This document shows, piece by piece, positions 14,616-27,596 of a stretch of DNA of 64,000 nt. A program made the translations under genes and the position numbers. The notes under the pieces were generated by a model, which worked only from the letters and a program-made list of their open reading frames with translations, searched no databases and was not told the origin of the DNA. The DNA comes from the human T2T-CHM13v2.0 reference genome, Homo sapiens: assembly GCF_009914755.1 (NCBI RefSeq), contig NC_060934.1. One strand, given 5' to 3'. The stretch's first letter is position 1; each line of letters starts with the position of its first letter.

Positions 14616-16696
14616 ATTCTGTTATTCTGAATTCTCTCCTTATACTGTGGAAATAAATATTCATTTGATTTTATATTACAAGTCAATTCCCAAGTAAATG
14701 TGTGGATATTCAACACCCTGGTCCCAATTAACAATGAAGAAACAAAACAAAACAAAATTCAGTTTCAGTCTGATTTTTAACCAATGCATGATAAAACATC
14801 CTTGAAATAGGATCTTTCTCTAACTTGCCCATAACTATAAAGTTAAATACCCCATGGGGTATATTACGCTAATAAAATTTAAACAATATAACTGTGTAAG
14901 ATCTGGATTATTCAAAATTTCTGCAACAGCTTATCTCCTTATTACCCTGTCCCAATAAATAGTTTCCCTTTTTCCAAGAACCCCTTCTGGGGAAGATCAG
15001 AAGACAGCTCAGGTTTCCCTCCTTGGTAGGTGTGGTTTCCTAATGTCTTTGTCAAATTTCTCCCTGGTTAGGTCTTGTCTGTGTCCCCACCACTAAGCAT
15101 CACCCTGTGGAATTCATGTCTTCACATTTTAATCTAAATTTTAAGTTTCCTCTGTGTTAGTATATGTTAATGTTTCATGTTTTCAGTGTGGAGCTCAAAC
15201 CACAGGCCTGCTAGAGATGGCCATGCTGTGCTTGAAGCCAAACTGAAAAAACAAAAACATCCACACACAAAATAGAAAACCAGACATTTTCACTTAATAG
15301 CTACTCTCTCAGTTCAAATAATGACAGTGTTATTCCAGGCTCACCCAAGTGCTACCCCGACAATAAACATTCTTATAAAATGAAAGGACCAGCAGTCGTA
15401 CTCTTGAGAGTGAGACACTGTTCTTATGAGATTAAATGAAAAGATCAATAAGAACCAAGCTACCTGTTATACTGTATATGGTAAAAGCACAGAAGATAGA
15501 AAAGTTCAGTTTAACACTTTGCCGTTTTGATTTTTTTTCTTGGAAAACTTGGGAGAGAAACAGAGAATTCTGACCCAGTATAAAATAAACAGACCAAGAG
15601 ATGCTCGAGGGGTATGACCACCTGAGCTGAATGGACAAGAGGAAAAACAAAAACAAGGAAGATGGGGAAATGCAATGAGCCAGTCTGAAAAGCGAGTTGA
15701 CTGTACTTAAACTGATAGAAGACAGTAAAGTAAATGAGATGGGACAAGAGCAAAGAGGGATGAAAACTACTTCAGCACAAAAGACTAAATTGAAATAACA
15801 CCTACAATGGGTTGGGAAGGCCTGGAGAGAAGTGAATGAATAAAAACAACAAACAAACAAACAAACAAACAACGGAAACTTCTAGGATGACACCAAGTAC
15901 AAAGTGATGTAAATTTTTCCTCTAAGTAGGCATAGGCCAAGGGGGAAAAACACCCAAATTCAAAGCTTATTTTTCTGTCCTCTGCTTGGGACTCATTTTT
16001 CCTTAGGAGAGCTTTTGCCCCATTTCATGTGGGAGAATGTGAGAAACCTGGAACCTACATCTGGTTCTTGCTGAAGACCTTTCTTTGCCATTTATGCTCC
16101 CTCAAAACTAACTGTCTTCAGTTTCCTTTCTTATTATGCAGGCGAATTAATTCTTTAATGTTAATAATATATTCCATTTGTTAAATATTATACAGTTTTT
16201 GGTCTGCCATTCCTAACAACTTCTTTGATTCCCCTTGCAAATTGAATTAGTATTTTTATTTAACCATGTCCTTCAGTTTTCAAGTTCTTCAGCTATTGAA
16301 GGAATCGCCTCTGTGTGTGGGACCAGAGGACAATGAAAAATTCAACACCTTTCTAGTCACCATTTTAATGTTTTAAGACTATTAAGACATTAATAGAAAC
16401 CTCCTTTTTTTCAGATATCAGTATGAGTTTAGCTGATTTCGCAGCTAATTCCTAATAGCTTGGACTTAAGTGAGAATAAAAGGTTCAAGAGTAAAAATCG
16501 ATTAAATGAGAGTTATCTAAGAATATTGAGAAAGCCATTGCAAGAGATGATAAAAACTAAATAAAAGGAAGACTCGAAGTCAGTAGATTATCTTTTTCTG
16601 GAGAGTATTAGAAAAAAAGGAAGGTAAAGAAATGTTTCCTTATTCAGCATGGGGGAGTACAAATCTACCACTATTGCAGGTTAACACAAATGCTAT

Positions 16697-18305
16697 TCAC
16701 CCATCCACCTATCTATCTGTCTGTCCATCTATCCATCCATCCATCCACCCACTCATTCATCCATCTGTCCATCCACCCATCCATCCATCCATCCATCCAT
16801 CCATCTATCCATCCATGCACCCACACACCACTCTATCCATTCACCATCCATCTACATCCATTCTTCTATCCATCTATTCATCCATCTATCCATCTACCCA
16901 CCCACTCACTCATTCATCCATCCATCCACCCACCCACTTACTCATTCATCCATCCATCCACTCACCCACTCATCCATCCATCTATCCATCCATCCACCCA
17001 CCCATCTATCCATCCATTCACCATCCATCTATTTCCATCTATCTACATCCATCCATCCATCCACTCATTCATCCTTCCATCCACCCAGCCATCCACTCAC
17101 CCATCCCATCCATCCATTCACCATCCATCTATCTACATCCATCCATCTATCCATCCTCTATCCATCCACCCACCCATCCATCCATTGATCATCCATCTAT
17201 CTACATTCTCCTTCCATCTAACCATCCATCCACCCACACATCCATTCATCCACCCACTCATCCATCCACTCACAATCCATCCATCTACATTCATCCATCC
17301 ATCCATCCACCCACCACTCTATCTATTCACCATCTTTCTATCTACCTCCATTCTCCCATCCATCTATTCATCTGTCTATCCATCCACCCACCCATTCACT
17401 CATTCATCCATCCATCCATCCACCCACTCACTCATTCATCCATTCATCCACCCACCCACTCATCCATCTATCTATCCATCCATCCATCCACCCATCTATC
17501 CATCCATTCACCATCCATTTCCATCCATCCACCCACTCATTCATTCTTCCATACACCCAGCCATCCACCCACCCACCCCATCCATCCATTCACCATCCAT
17601 CTACATCCATCCATCTATCCATCCACCCACCCATCCATCCACTGACCATCCGTCTACATTCTCCTTCCATCTATCAATCCATCCACCCACCCATCCATTC
17701 ATCCACCCACTCATCCATCCACTCACAATCCATCCATCTACATTCATCCGTCCATCCACTCACCCATCCATTCACTCATTCACCATCCATCCATCTACAT
17801 TAATCCTTCCCTCCATTCATCCATCCACCCACCCACCCATCTATCCATCCATCCATCCATCCATCCATTTACCATCCATTCACTCACCATCTATCTATCT
17901 ACATTCATGTTTTCATTCATCCATCCACCCACCAACCCATCCATCCATCCACACACCCATCCATTCATTCACCATCCATCCATCTACATCCATTCTTCCA
18001 TCCATCCATCCATCCACCCACCCACCCATCTATTCATTCACCATCCGCCTACATCCATCCTTTCATCTGTCCATTCGTTATTCATCCCTCTACATCAATT
18101 TATCCTTCCATCCATCCATTCATCCACCCATTCATCATCCATCTACATCCATCCATCCTTCCATCTATCCACGCATCTATCCATCCATCCACCCACCCAT
18201 CCACCCACCCATCCATTCACCACCCATCCACCCATTCTTCCATCCATCCATCTGTCCACTCATCCTTCTGTCCATACATCTAAACTCATCCATCCATCTG
18301 TCCTT
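16697..18305. repeat. Degenerate (CCAT/CCAC/CATT)n array, about 1.6 kb
   Basis: almost G-free tetranucleotide mosaic; explains the 337- and 548-aa His/Pro/Ser/Ile ORFs. Confidence 0.97.
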
Positions 18306-18879
18306 CCATTATTTACATGTTGCATGTACTCACTAGTAAATCACATGCTGTGAGGAAATCAGAAATTTAATATAGAACCATGCTCTTAAAAACTTATTTT
18401 TTAGTTGAGAAAATTAAAAATTGCCAGTTAAGTAGGAGAATACGCTTTCAGTGGTGCAAATAAGAACAGTAGTGGTCAAAGAAAAGGAAAGTTAAAAGGT
18501 GACTGGAGAGGCCAGGGAATGAGCTAATGGGCTAATAAGCTGACCTGTGTGATGGAAGGAGGTTTGTTAAGAGTGAGACATACGGTTGATGATTTGGATA
18601 AGATAGTTATGCAATGTAAATGACAAAACTCTATAGTGGGTCACTCAATATTTTAGGGGAAGGAAAAGCAGGTGAAAAATCCGTAGCTTTTCTTTCGATA
18701 TTATAGTCCAAAGTGAGACTACATAAACTCACTCTCACCATGTAAAGCTCCTACTCCCTAGAGTAAGGTTCTATCTTTAACACTGTAGGACGAGGAATGG
18801 AAGGGAGAGGTGAAGGAAACATGAGGTCATTAAGTTAATGCTTTGCGTTGTCATGGACCAGGACAAGAAGGCTGAAATA

Positions 18880-20110
18880 AGGCTGTGTTTTTGTTCTTCC
18901 ACTTTCTGGACAAAATTCTTTGGGCAAGTCATTTAGTCTTTCTGAACCTGTGCGTCTCCATTTCTGGAATGGAAATATTATTATTTTTATGACTACGACT
19001 ACCTCAGATGATTATTGTGAAGATGGGAAAGAATTCTGTGAACTACCCAAATGGTACCCCAATACACAAATCGTCATAGTAAGAAAAATAGCACCCCAGC
19101 TTTCTGGACATTTGTACAAATGTACAAGCTATGTTACATGCACCTGTTTATTCAGTCTTCACAATGACTTTATGACACAGGTGTTACTATTTTTCCCACT
19201 TAACAAATGGGCAAACTGAGGCAGAGCTTTTCAGTGGCACAGTGGGTAAGTATGAGTGCTGAGGTCAGGGCTTAGGCGGGGGCGAAGGCATGCAGGGAGG
19301 CGGTGCTGAAGCAGGAGACACGCTGGGCACAGAGGCAGAAAGCCTGGGCTCCCATTCCTGTTTGTCAGTGAATAGCTGTGCTCCTCAGGGCAGTCACTTG
19401 AACTCTGTGTGCCAGTTTTCATACTTTTTAAAGGAATAATTTTTCATCTCTCTTACAGTGTTCTCGTGACAGTTAAAACGTTCTTGTATGCAAGTTCGCC
19501 TATTATAGTGCTTGGTTCAGAGTGGACTTTGATAAGTTTTGCTTTCTTGTGAACATATTCAACGATTTCTCACTTATTGATACTCCTGCCAAAGTGCCTG
19601 ACTTAGGCCCCGGGAGGGTTGATGGCCTCAGAGGGTTTCGACCTACGCAATTGTCAAGGGTTTATTTCATTCTTCTTAATTGAATTATAGCGCTTGGGTT
19701 CTTGAAGCTCATGACTTCATTTAGGAAATATTTGAAAATTGATTATTTAATCACTTAATTGTAAAACACGAATGAAATTTCTTAGTTAATTAAAGCTGTG
19801 GATAATAATTTAATTATAACTTTATATGCCAGATTTACTCAAAGCATCTTAAGGATGAGGATTCAATTAGCAGCCTTCGGATGCACGGGTCAGTGGGATA
19901 CTACCTACAGCAACGCGTGGAATGGCTTAGAGCAGCATAGCTAGCAGCGCTTTATAACAGAAGCTTGGAGAGCAGGACACAGCTTCTGGCTCCACAGGTA
20001 TCTGAGATTATCCTGGAAAAATTATTTAACCTCTTTAGGTTTCAGTTTTCTCATCTGTAAAATGGGATTTTTATATCTCTTTCCAAAAGATATTGTAAGG
20101 ATCAAGTTAT
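18880..20110. mobile_element. Cluster of MIR fragments, both orientations
   Basis: ttgggcaagtcatttagtctttctgaacc; aacaaatgggcaaactgaggcagag; tcagttttctcatctgtaaaatggga. Confidence 0.7.
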
Positions 20111-20284
20111 TTTCCCCTGTGGCTCATGGCAGGTAACAACCAACCTGGCTCTCAGGTGTGGGGAGAAAGGAGATGGCTGTAAAGGATGTCACTGTCATTC
20201 CACCAGGCAGAACACAATGGGAAGAGAGTACAGAAGTCCAGCCATACAGCTTCTGCATTTTTGAGTGAAGACAGATCATATGTA

Positions 20285-20803
20285 ATTTTTTTTTTGTGTT
20301 TGTTTTGTTTGGTTGCTTTTTAAAATGTGATTGCAGCTTCAGGGGTACATGTGCAGGTTTGTTATACAGGTAAACTTGTGTCACGGGGGTTTGCTGTACG
20401 GATTGTAATGGCACCAGGTAATAAGCATAGTACCTGATTGGTAGTTTTTTGATCTCCATCCTCCTTTCACCTCCAACCTCAAGCAGGCCCTGGTGTCTAT
20501 AGTTTCCTTTTTCATGTCCCTGTGTTTTCATCATTTAGCTCCTGCTTACAAGTGAGAGCTTGTGGTATTTGGTTTTCTGTTGCTGTGTTAGTTTGCTTAG
20601 GATCATGGCCTCCAGCTTCACCCACGTTGCTGCAAAAGACATGATCTTGTTCTTTTTTATAGCTGCATAGTATTGCATGGTATCTGTGTAGCACATTTTC
20701 TGTATCCAGTCTACCACTGATGGGCATTCAGGTTGATTCCATGTATTTGCTATTGTGAATAGTGCTGCAATGAACATATGTGTGCATGTGTCTTTATGGT
20801 ATA
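20285..20803 (-). mobile_element. L1 3' end (L1PB / older L1PA-like)
   Basis: ggggtacatgtgcaggtttgtta, gctgcatagtattgcatgg, gctattgtgaatagtgctgcaatgaacat. Confidence 0.9.
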
Positions 20804-21049
20804 GAAAAACAGTATTACAAACCTATAGGCTAAATTGATGTTCTTTAGTTATCGAGGGGGAAAGATAATTATATCCTTGGTGGTGTTTGATTTGTGTAAT
20901 ACAGATGTTTGAAACAAACATGTTAGTGGTGTTGGAAAACATATAAGACAGTATCTATGAAGAGGCGAGGGGAAGATTAGGTTTTGGGCTGACAGGCTCT
21001 CTCTACCTCCATGAAACAAATGTGAATGAGACACAGGGTATGGCTCCCT

Positions 21050-21280
21050 TTGATATTTAAATGTTAAGTGTCTACTCCAAAGTGAACATGGGTTTTATGT
21101 ATATGCATGTGTCAGGACTCCCTTCATGAATATCCACAGCTCCTTCTGTCACCTGTTGACTATGTATGTTTAGCCAACCTATTCAGCATAGAGCTGCTGC
21201 CCAAATCCCTCCTCCTTGGAAGTGCCCATTTCTGGTCTTGGCAGGAAGCTCTTCTTCCCAGCCTGTGAGATTGCCATGCT
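21050..21280 (+). mobile_element. ERV1-type LTR fragment
   Basis: cttcatgaatatccacagctcc..cctgttgactatgtatgtttagccaacc resembles ERV1 LTRs; family unresolved. Confidence 0.45.
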
Positions 21281-24239
21281 TCTCTCAGGTGCTTTCTTAT
21301 GAAAGTTTTCACAGATCATTTGCATGGTAATAGGGTGCATGGACAAGCCCATCTCACATAGCTTCTTATGTTAACATCTTTATTTCCTGCAGATTGAACC
21401 TAGAAAGACTGGTTGGGCCAGACATGTAAGTTTCCCTCAGTCCAGCAGCTAAGCAGGAACTCTGTGCCTTATATGGCCTTGGAAAGGAAACCGTGCTTGG
21501 TCTAAATCAACAGCTTTCCTTTGTCGACCTAGCACTGCTGGACTGTAATACTAACTTTAAATCAAAGGAGCCATACCCACCCAGAAGCCACCGCCTTCCC
21601 ACCAACAGCCAGAGCCTCAGCCTGCCGACCCCATGACTGACATCTCAGGGGTCCCCAGCTCATCTTGTAAGCATGACCACCCTGTGCACACTGCACCACA
21701 GGACACACATGCAGCCTGATCCTGCCCATACACTCTGGAGAAGCGAGTTCGGGGAGAAAAGGGTTCTGGGTAATTGTGTCCTGCACACCGGGATTCAAGA
21801 ATGAATGGTTGCGGTCACTGGTGGTCCTGGCTCCATCCTCGGTCTTTCCATGAGTCTGTATGAGACCAGGTCCCCCTCACCTGAGTGACCCCCACTCCTT
21901 TTCTTTATTGCCAGGAACAGTCAGCCCCACATGCTATTATCAACAACTGTCACTTTCCCACATTTGCCCAAGACTCTGCCTCGGTCAGGGCTGCCCTTTG
22001 GCCAGTATCCCTTAGTTTTGTATTAGGATCTGGTGAGATCTCCCAGCTGGACCCCGTGCCCCTTCACTTCCCCGTGACCCATCCTGTATCAGCCTATATC
22101 ATTCAGCTGCCCCCTCCACTGTGCTGAGTGTGTGCAATGCATCCCCATGGTAAAAGTTCTTCAGAAGTCCCATATCCATTGGTCCTGTGTGTTTTCTCCC
22201 CTTTTATCCCAGGTGTCTCCTGTGACTTCTGCTTCCTCTCCCCTAATTCCTTTCAGGACCCTCTGCACTAGCACATCAGATAGCTTCATAAAGTCTCCTG
22301 GAGCAGAAATTAGATGCTCATCCAGAGAGAATTCCCAGAGGAGAAGCCGAAGAGAACATGTCTGAAATCTCATGCAAATCCCTGAGAGTCAGGACCTCAG
22401 GGGAAGAAATTCAAGGTATTCCTTTAAAGGCGGGGACACAGTGAGGCTCATCCTCAGGGCTTTGTGCAAAGTGCTTCCCTCCAGATTGAAATATAGGCCG
22501 TATCTCCAGGTCCAATTTAATCTCTATTAGGCACTCAATGGCTAAATTAAGGACTTTACGGATACCTAATTTAGATAAACCCTTAACTATTAACCTCCAA
22601 TAATGTCATCATTTCACTGAGTAGAAAAGAAAACATCTGGGTGAGTTCAATTAGCCAAGGGCATGGAGGAGAGGCCTGCACAGTGCCTGTGCATGCTAGT
22701 TTTGTCTCGCTGACCCTGACGGAGGGGCTGGCTGCAAGGAGGCCATGGCCAGCATGACGCTTGAATGGAAGGAGGCTGCCGCCAGTATGACGCTTGAAGG
22801 TGGCCACCCTGCCCTCCTGGGAAGAGCTTCCCGAGAGTCTCCACACTGAGAGCACAGGTGGAGGCTCCCGTCGAGAGGGAGCTCCCCACGCTCCCGTCGA
22901 GAGGGAGGGAGGAATTCCTCCTGCATAGCCCTGGTCCTCAGTTACAAGCCTGCTTCTTTTCCTGCCCTCTGAAAATGAGGACAACTCATCTTATTTTATG
23001 CAATTATAGTCTGTTACATAAAAGACACTAATATTCTTTGGAAAATCATTATGGGTGTGTCTGTCCACTTCGTTTCCTGCTGCTGGAAGGGTGCTTTTTC
23101 TTTAGCCGCTGTGGCTGCATTTTGGTTGCTGTAGGAGGCATGCAGAGCCGCCCCTGCCTCCCACTCTCGTGGCTTCGGTGATGATTCAGCACCGGACTCT
23201 GATGTCGGATGCCCGGATGGTGCCTCCTGCACCTGCAAATGCCTCCCTCGCCCCCTTGGATCTGTCACTTATTGTGTTCACATCTACCGTTTGCTGGCTC
23301 CTTTTGTTGAGGATGTCTGGTTCTTCCCCAGGGGAAACTGATCACAAAGGGGACTGAACAAGAACAGGCTGCCTAAAGCTATTTGACGAGGATCTGAGTG
23401 CAGGTGGATTTATTCTGAAGGTCATGGCAGGGAACATGGGTGAGTGGCGAGGAAGGGAGGTGAGGGGAGACAGAAGCCCCTGCTTGCATGGAGCCCCTGG
23501 GGCTTTGGGGGCTGCAGGAGCATGCCTTGGTGTTGTTCCAGCCTGAAAACCCAAGATTTGGGGTGTTATCTGCCACCTGACCCTCCACGAGCTGAAGGCT
23601 GCTGCTGAGGGGTGGGAAAGTGGTGACTTTTGGGTGACCCCACTGGCCCTCACCATAGCTGGGCACAGCACACAGTCAGATGTGCTGTCAGGGAGCTCCT
23701 GCGAATAGGCACAGCAGCCTTGAGAAAAGCAGAGGGAGCTGATGGTGTCTGCTGTGTGCAAGCCAGAAACACAGAGAGATGTGTGTGCCAACAAAACCTG
23801 GAAAATAACCATGTCCTCATAGCCTGGGGACTCTGGGAAGTCCTACAGCAAAGAAGAAGCCTGGTCTGCCCATCTTTGTGTGACAAGTGTTTGCAGGAAA
23901 TAGTTCATCAAAAAACACTTTTTCTCAGGAGACAACTAGGAATCACCTAGGACACACTATGAAATGGTGAACCAGCGATACAGGTGAAAGTGCCCTCCCA
24001 GTATGGGAAAGACGGCAGAGTATTCAACAGGGACACAGGAGCGGTGTTTATCCTCTGGAGGGAGCAAACAGTGGAGTGTGCACCTCACTCAGCCACCAAC
24101 TTTGCACCTGGCGGTGCTGCCCTGACACCTGAGGACTCATAGGGCCAAGTGAGGCTCAGAGTCTGAGGCAACTTGGACTGATCCTTAGGTGGACAGCAGG
24201 ATGACAGCCACCTGTGCAGGAAGAGGGAACACAGCTGCA

Positions 24240-24525
24240 GAGAAGGGGACACACCTGTATGAGGAGGGGACACACCTGTTTGAAGAGGGGACACACCTGT
24301 ATGAGGAGGGGACACACCTGTATGAGGAGGGGCTCACCTGTATACGGAGGGGACACACCTTCCTGAGAAGGGGACACACCTGTATGAGAAGGGGACACAC
24401 CTGTATAACAGGGGACACACCTGTATGAGGAGGAATTACACCCATATGAGGAGGGACACACCCATATGAGGAGGAAGTATACCCGTATGAGGAGGAAGTA
24501 CACCCATATGAGGAGGAAGTACACC
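24240..24525. repeat. About 21-bp minisatellite, about 14 copies
   Basis: gaggaggggacacacctgtat grading into gaggaggaagtacacccatat. Confidence 0.92.
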
Positions 24526-25179
24526 GAACATACCTGCAGAGGAAGGGAGCCCTTACCATGTGCCAGGGCCCCATGGACATGAGATCATGAGAGACATCTG
24601 GTCTGTCTTCTCGCCCACATGTGAGACAGATGGGAAGTTCCAGCATTTTGTTTATAGACTTAGAGAAGGGAATGAGTGGATATTTTTTTTTAGAGAGGTC
24701 ACAGGACATCTCAGTGGCTTGTTAAAGGACAGCCTTATGAACGGTACCTAGGAATCACGGATGTGGAGTTGGAGGCAGTGTGGGAGCTGAGGGGAGGCCT
24801 GCTGCCATGCACCCCTGCTGGTCAGAGCAGATGCCTGGCCAGGAGGCTGACACACCACCTTCAGATTTGGCCGCTGCCACCATCACACCTCTGGGTGTAG
24901 TTTGATCCGAGACAGCAGCTTTCCAGCTGCGGGAATTCAGTGGCATGATGACAGCATACACAGGGAGACGGCAAATGTGAAAGCACTGGTCAACTGTCGC
25001 ACATGTAAATCTAAGTCCATGGCCCACAAAAATCAGCTCTGTGTCTTGGGTTTGAATAATTGTGGGAAAAATAGTAATAATAATAATAACAATAATAAAA
25101 AAACTTCTTGGTTTTCTCTCTCTCCATGACTTTCTAGTTCTTTTACTCAGCTCAAAAACTTTCTTAGAAATACAGGTGA

Positions 25180-25547
25180 TGCCATGGAATACTATGCAGC
25201 CATAAAAAAGGTTGAGTTCATGTCCTTTGCAGAGACATGGATGAAGCTGGAAACCATCATTTTCAGCAAACTAACACAAGAACAGAAAACCAAACACTGC
25301 ATGTTCTCACTCGTAAGTGGGAGCTGAACAATGAGAACTCATGGACACGGGGGTTGGGGGGGGGAATATCACACACTGGGGCCTGTTGGGGGGTTGGGGG
25401 ATAGGGGAGGGACAGCACTAGGAGAACTACCTAATGTAGGTGACAGGTTGATGGGTGCAGCAAACCACCATGGCACGTGTATACCTGTGTAACAAATCTG
25501 CATGTTCTGCACATGTACCCCAGAACTTAAAGTATAATAAAAAAAGA
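25180..25547 (+). mobile_element. 5'-truncated L1PA 3' end
   Basis: ccatggaatactatgcagccataaaaaagg...gtaccccagaacttaaagtataataaaaaaa. Confidence 0.95.
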
Positions 25548-25628
25548 AGACATGAAAAAAAACCTTTTGTATTTTTAGTGAGCTTATGCGGCTAATAAAT
25601 TCATTTAAAAAAGAAATACAGGCAACAG

Positions 25629-25801
25629 CAGTGGCTCTCCACATCAGTGTGTGACAGTCACCAGGCTTTGTCACAATGCATCCTGGTGGGCCGCGCAGAG
25701 CCTGGGCCTCAGTGGGGTTGGGCCGGGCCTGACAATCTGCATTTCCAGCACGTCCCAGGTGCCACTGCTGCTGTCATTGGGGCCACACTTTGAGGACCCT
25801 G
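25629..25801. mobile_element. MER5A-like hAT-Charlie element
   Basis: cagtggctctc...tctgcatttccagcacgtcccaggtg...ccacactttgaggaccctg. Confidence 0.7.
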
Positions 25802-25960
25802 GGTCTGTGACGCCTAGTCCCTTACCTAGAATTTAATTCCACATCCTCTCTTCCCTCCCCCACGTCTGCAAAACATGGCCTTGAAGGAGTTGTATCAGCA
25901 AGACGTTAGACAAGGCAGCTCTTCCCTGTCTCCCCATGGAAAAACCAAGTAAATCATGGG

Positions 25961-27596
25961 CTTTTCCCTTTGCTGATTGTGCCCTTTGATGCTCAAGACA
26001 TTTTTAATGTGATGACGTTCAATTTCTTTCTGCCTTTTGTTTCTTGAGCTTTTGGTGTCACATCCGAGAAATTCATTTGCCAAATCCAATGTCATGACGC
26101 TTCCCCTATGTTTTCTTCTAAGAAGGTTTTAGCTCTTACATTTAGATCTTTGATCCATGTTGAATTGATTTTTGTATATGGTGTAATGTAAGGGTTTAAC
26201 GTCATTCCTTTGGATGTGAATATCCAGGTTTCTTAGCACTGTTTCTTGAGAACACTGTCCTCTCTCCACTGAATGGTCTCGGTACCCTTTTCGAAAAGGC
26301 AACCCACAGAATGGGAGAAAATACTTGCAAATCATAGATCTGATACGAATTGGTTTCTAGACAATATTAAAAATTCCTACTACTGAACACACACACAAAA
26401 CAAAGAATCTAATTAAAAAATAGGCACAAGACTTGAACAGACGTTTCTCCAAAGAAGGTAAACAAACAGCCAGTACGCACACGGAAAGAAGCTCAACGTC
26501 ACTAATCATTAGGGAAATGCAAACCAAAACTGCGAGTTACCGCCTCATACCCACTGGAATGGCTACTGCAAGGGTTAGTGAGAATGTGGGAAAAAATGGA
26601 ACGCTGTGCACTGATGGTGGGAATGTAAGATGGTGCAGCTGCTCTAGAAAATGGTGTGGCTATTTTCAGAAAATTAAAAATAAAATTGCCATATAGTCAA
26701 GCAATTCTTCTAGTTATATAGTGTATTGGTCTGCTCTCATGCTGCTAATAAAGACATACTTGAGACTGGGTAATTTATAAAGGAAAGAGGTTTAATGGAC
26801 TCACAGTTCCACATGGCTTGGGAGGCCTCACAGTCATGGCAGAAGGGGAATGAGGAGCAAAGTCACATCTTACATGGCGGCAGGTAGGAGAGCGTGTGCA
26901 GGGGAACTGCCCTTTATTAAACCATCAGATCTCGTGAGATATTTTCACTGTCATGAGAACAGCATGGGAAAGACCCACCCCCATGATTCAGTTACCTCCC
27001 ACTGGGTTGCTCCTATGACACTGGGAATTGTGGGAGCTACAATTCAAGATGAGATTTGGGTGGGAACACAGAGCCAAACCATATCATAGACCCAACGAAA
27101 TTGAAAGCAGGGACTTGAAGAGAATTTATACATCCATATTAATGGCAGCACAATTTATGATGGGCAAAATTTGGAAGCATCTATCCATTGACAGATGAAT
27201 GTGCAAAGAAAATGTGGAATATCTACTATTCAGCTGAAAAAGGAAGAACATTCTGACACATGTTACAACACGGATGAACCCTAGGGACCATCTACAATGG
27301 AAACTAAGCCAGTCACAAAAGGACAAACAATGAACAATGTCACCTGCATGAGGTCCCTAGAGTCCTCACACCCACAGAGACAGGAAGCAGAGGGTGGTTG
27401 CTGGGGCCGGGGAGGGTAACGGGCTTAATGTTTCGTGGAGACAGTTTCAGTTCTGGAAGATGAAACTTTCTGTAGACGGATGGTGGTGATTGCTCACGAC
27501 TGTGTGAATGTACTTAGTGCCACCGACCTATACACTCAAAAGTGGATCAGAGGGTACATTTTGTGTTATGTATATTTTACCATAATTTAAAAAAAG
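25961..27596 (+). mobile_element. L1MB-like element with inverted 5' segment (25961-26297), interrupted by THE1
   Basis: minus-strand ORF2 sequence joined to plus-strand ggcaacccacagaatgggagaaaat; 3' end tgttatgtatattttaccataatttaaaaaa. Confidence 0.88.
26722..27086 (-). mobile_element. THE1 (THE1B/C-like) MaLR solo LTR
   Basis: tgtattggtc..gctgctaataaagacatac...gccaaaccatatca; decayed 5-bp TSD tatag/tagac. Confidence 0.92.

Noticed and set aside
16632-18353. 337-, 548- and 148-aa His/Pro/Ser/Ile-rich ORFs
   Set aside because: Translation of a nearly G-free (CCAT)n array that rarely forms stops.
26805-26830. THE1 PRDM9 hotspot motif
   Set aside because: Reads CCTCCCAAGCCAT on the minus strand, not the hot CCTCCCTAGCCAC version.
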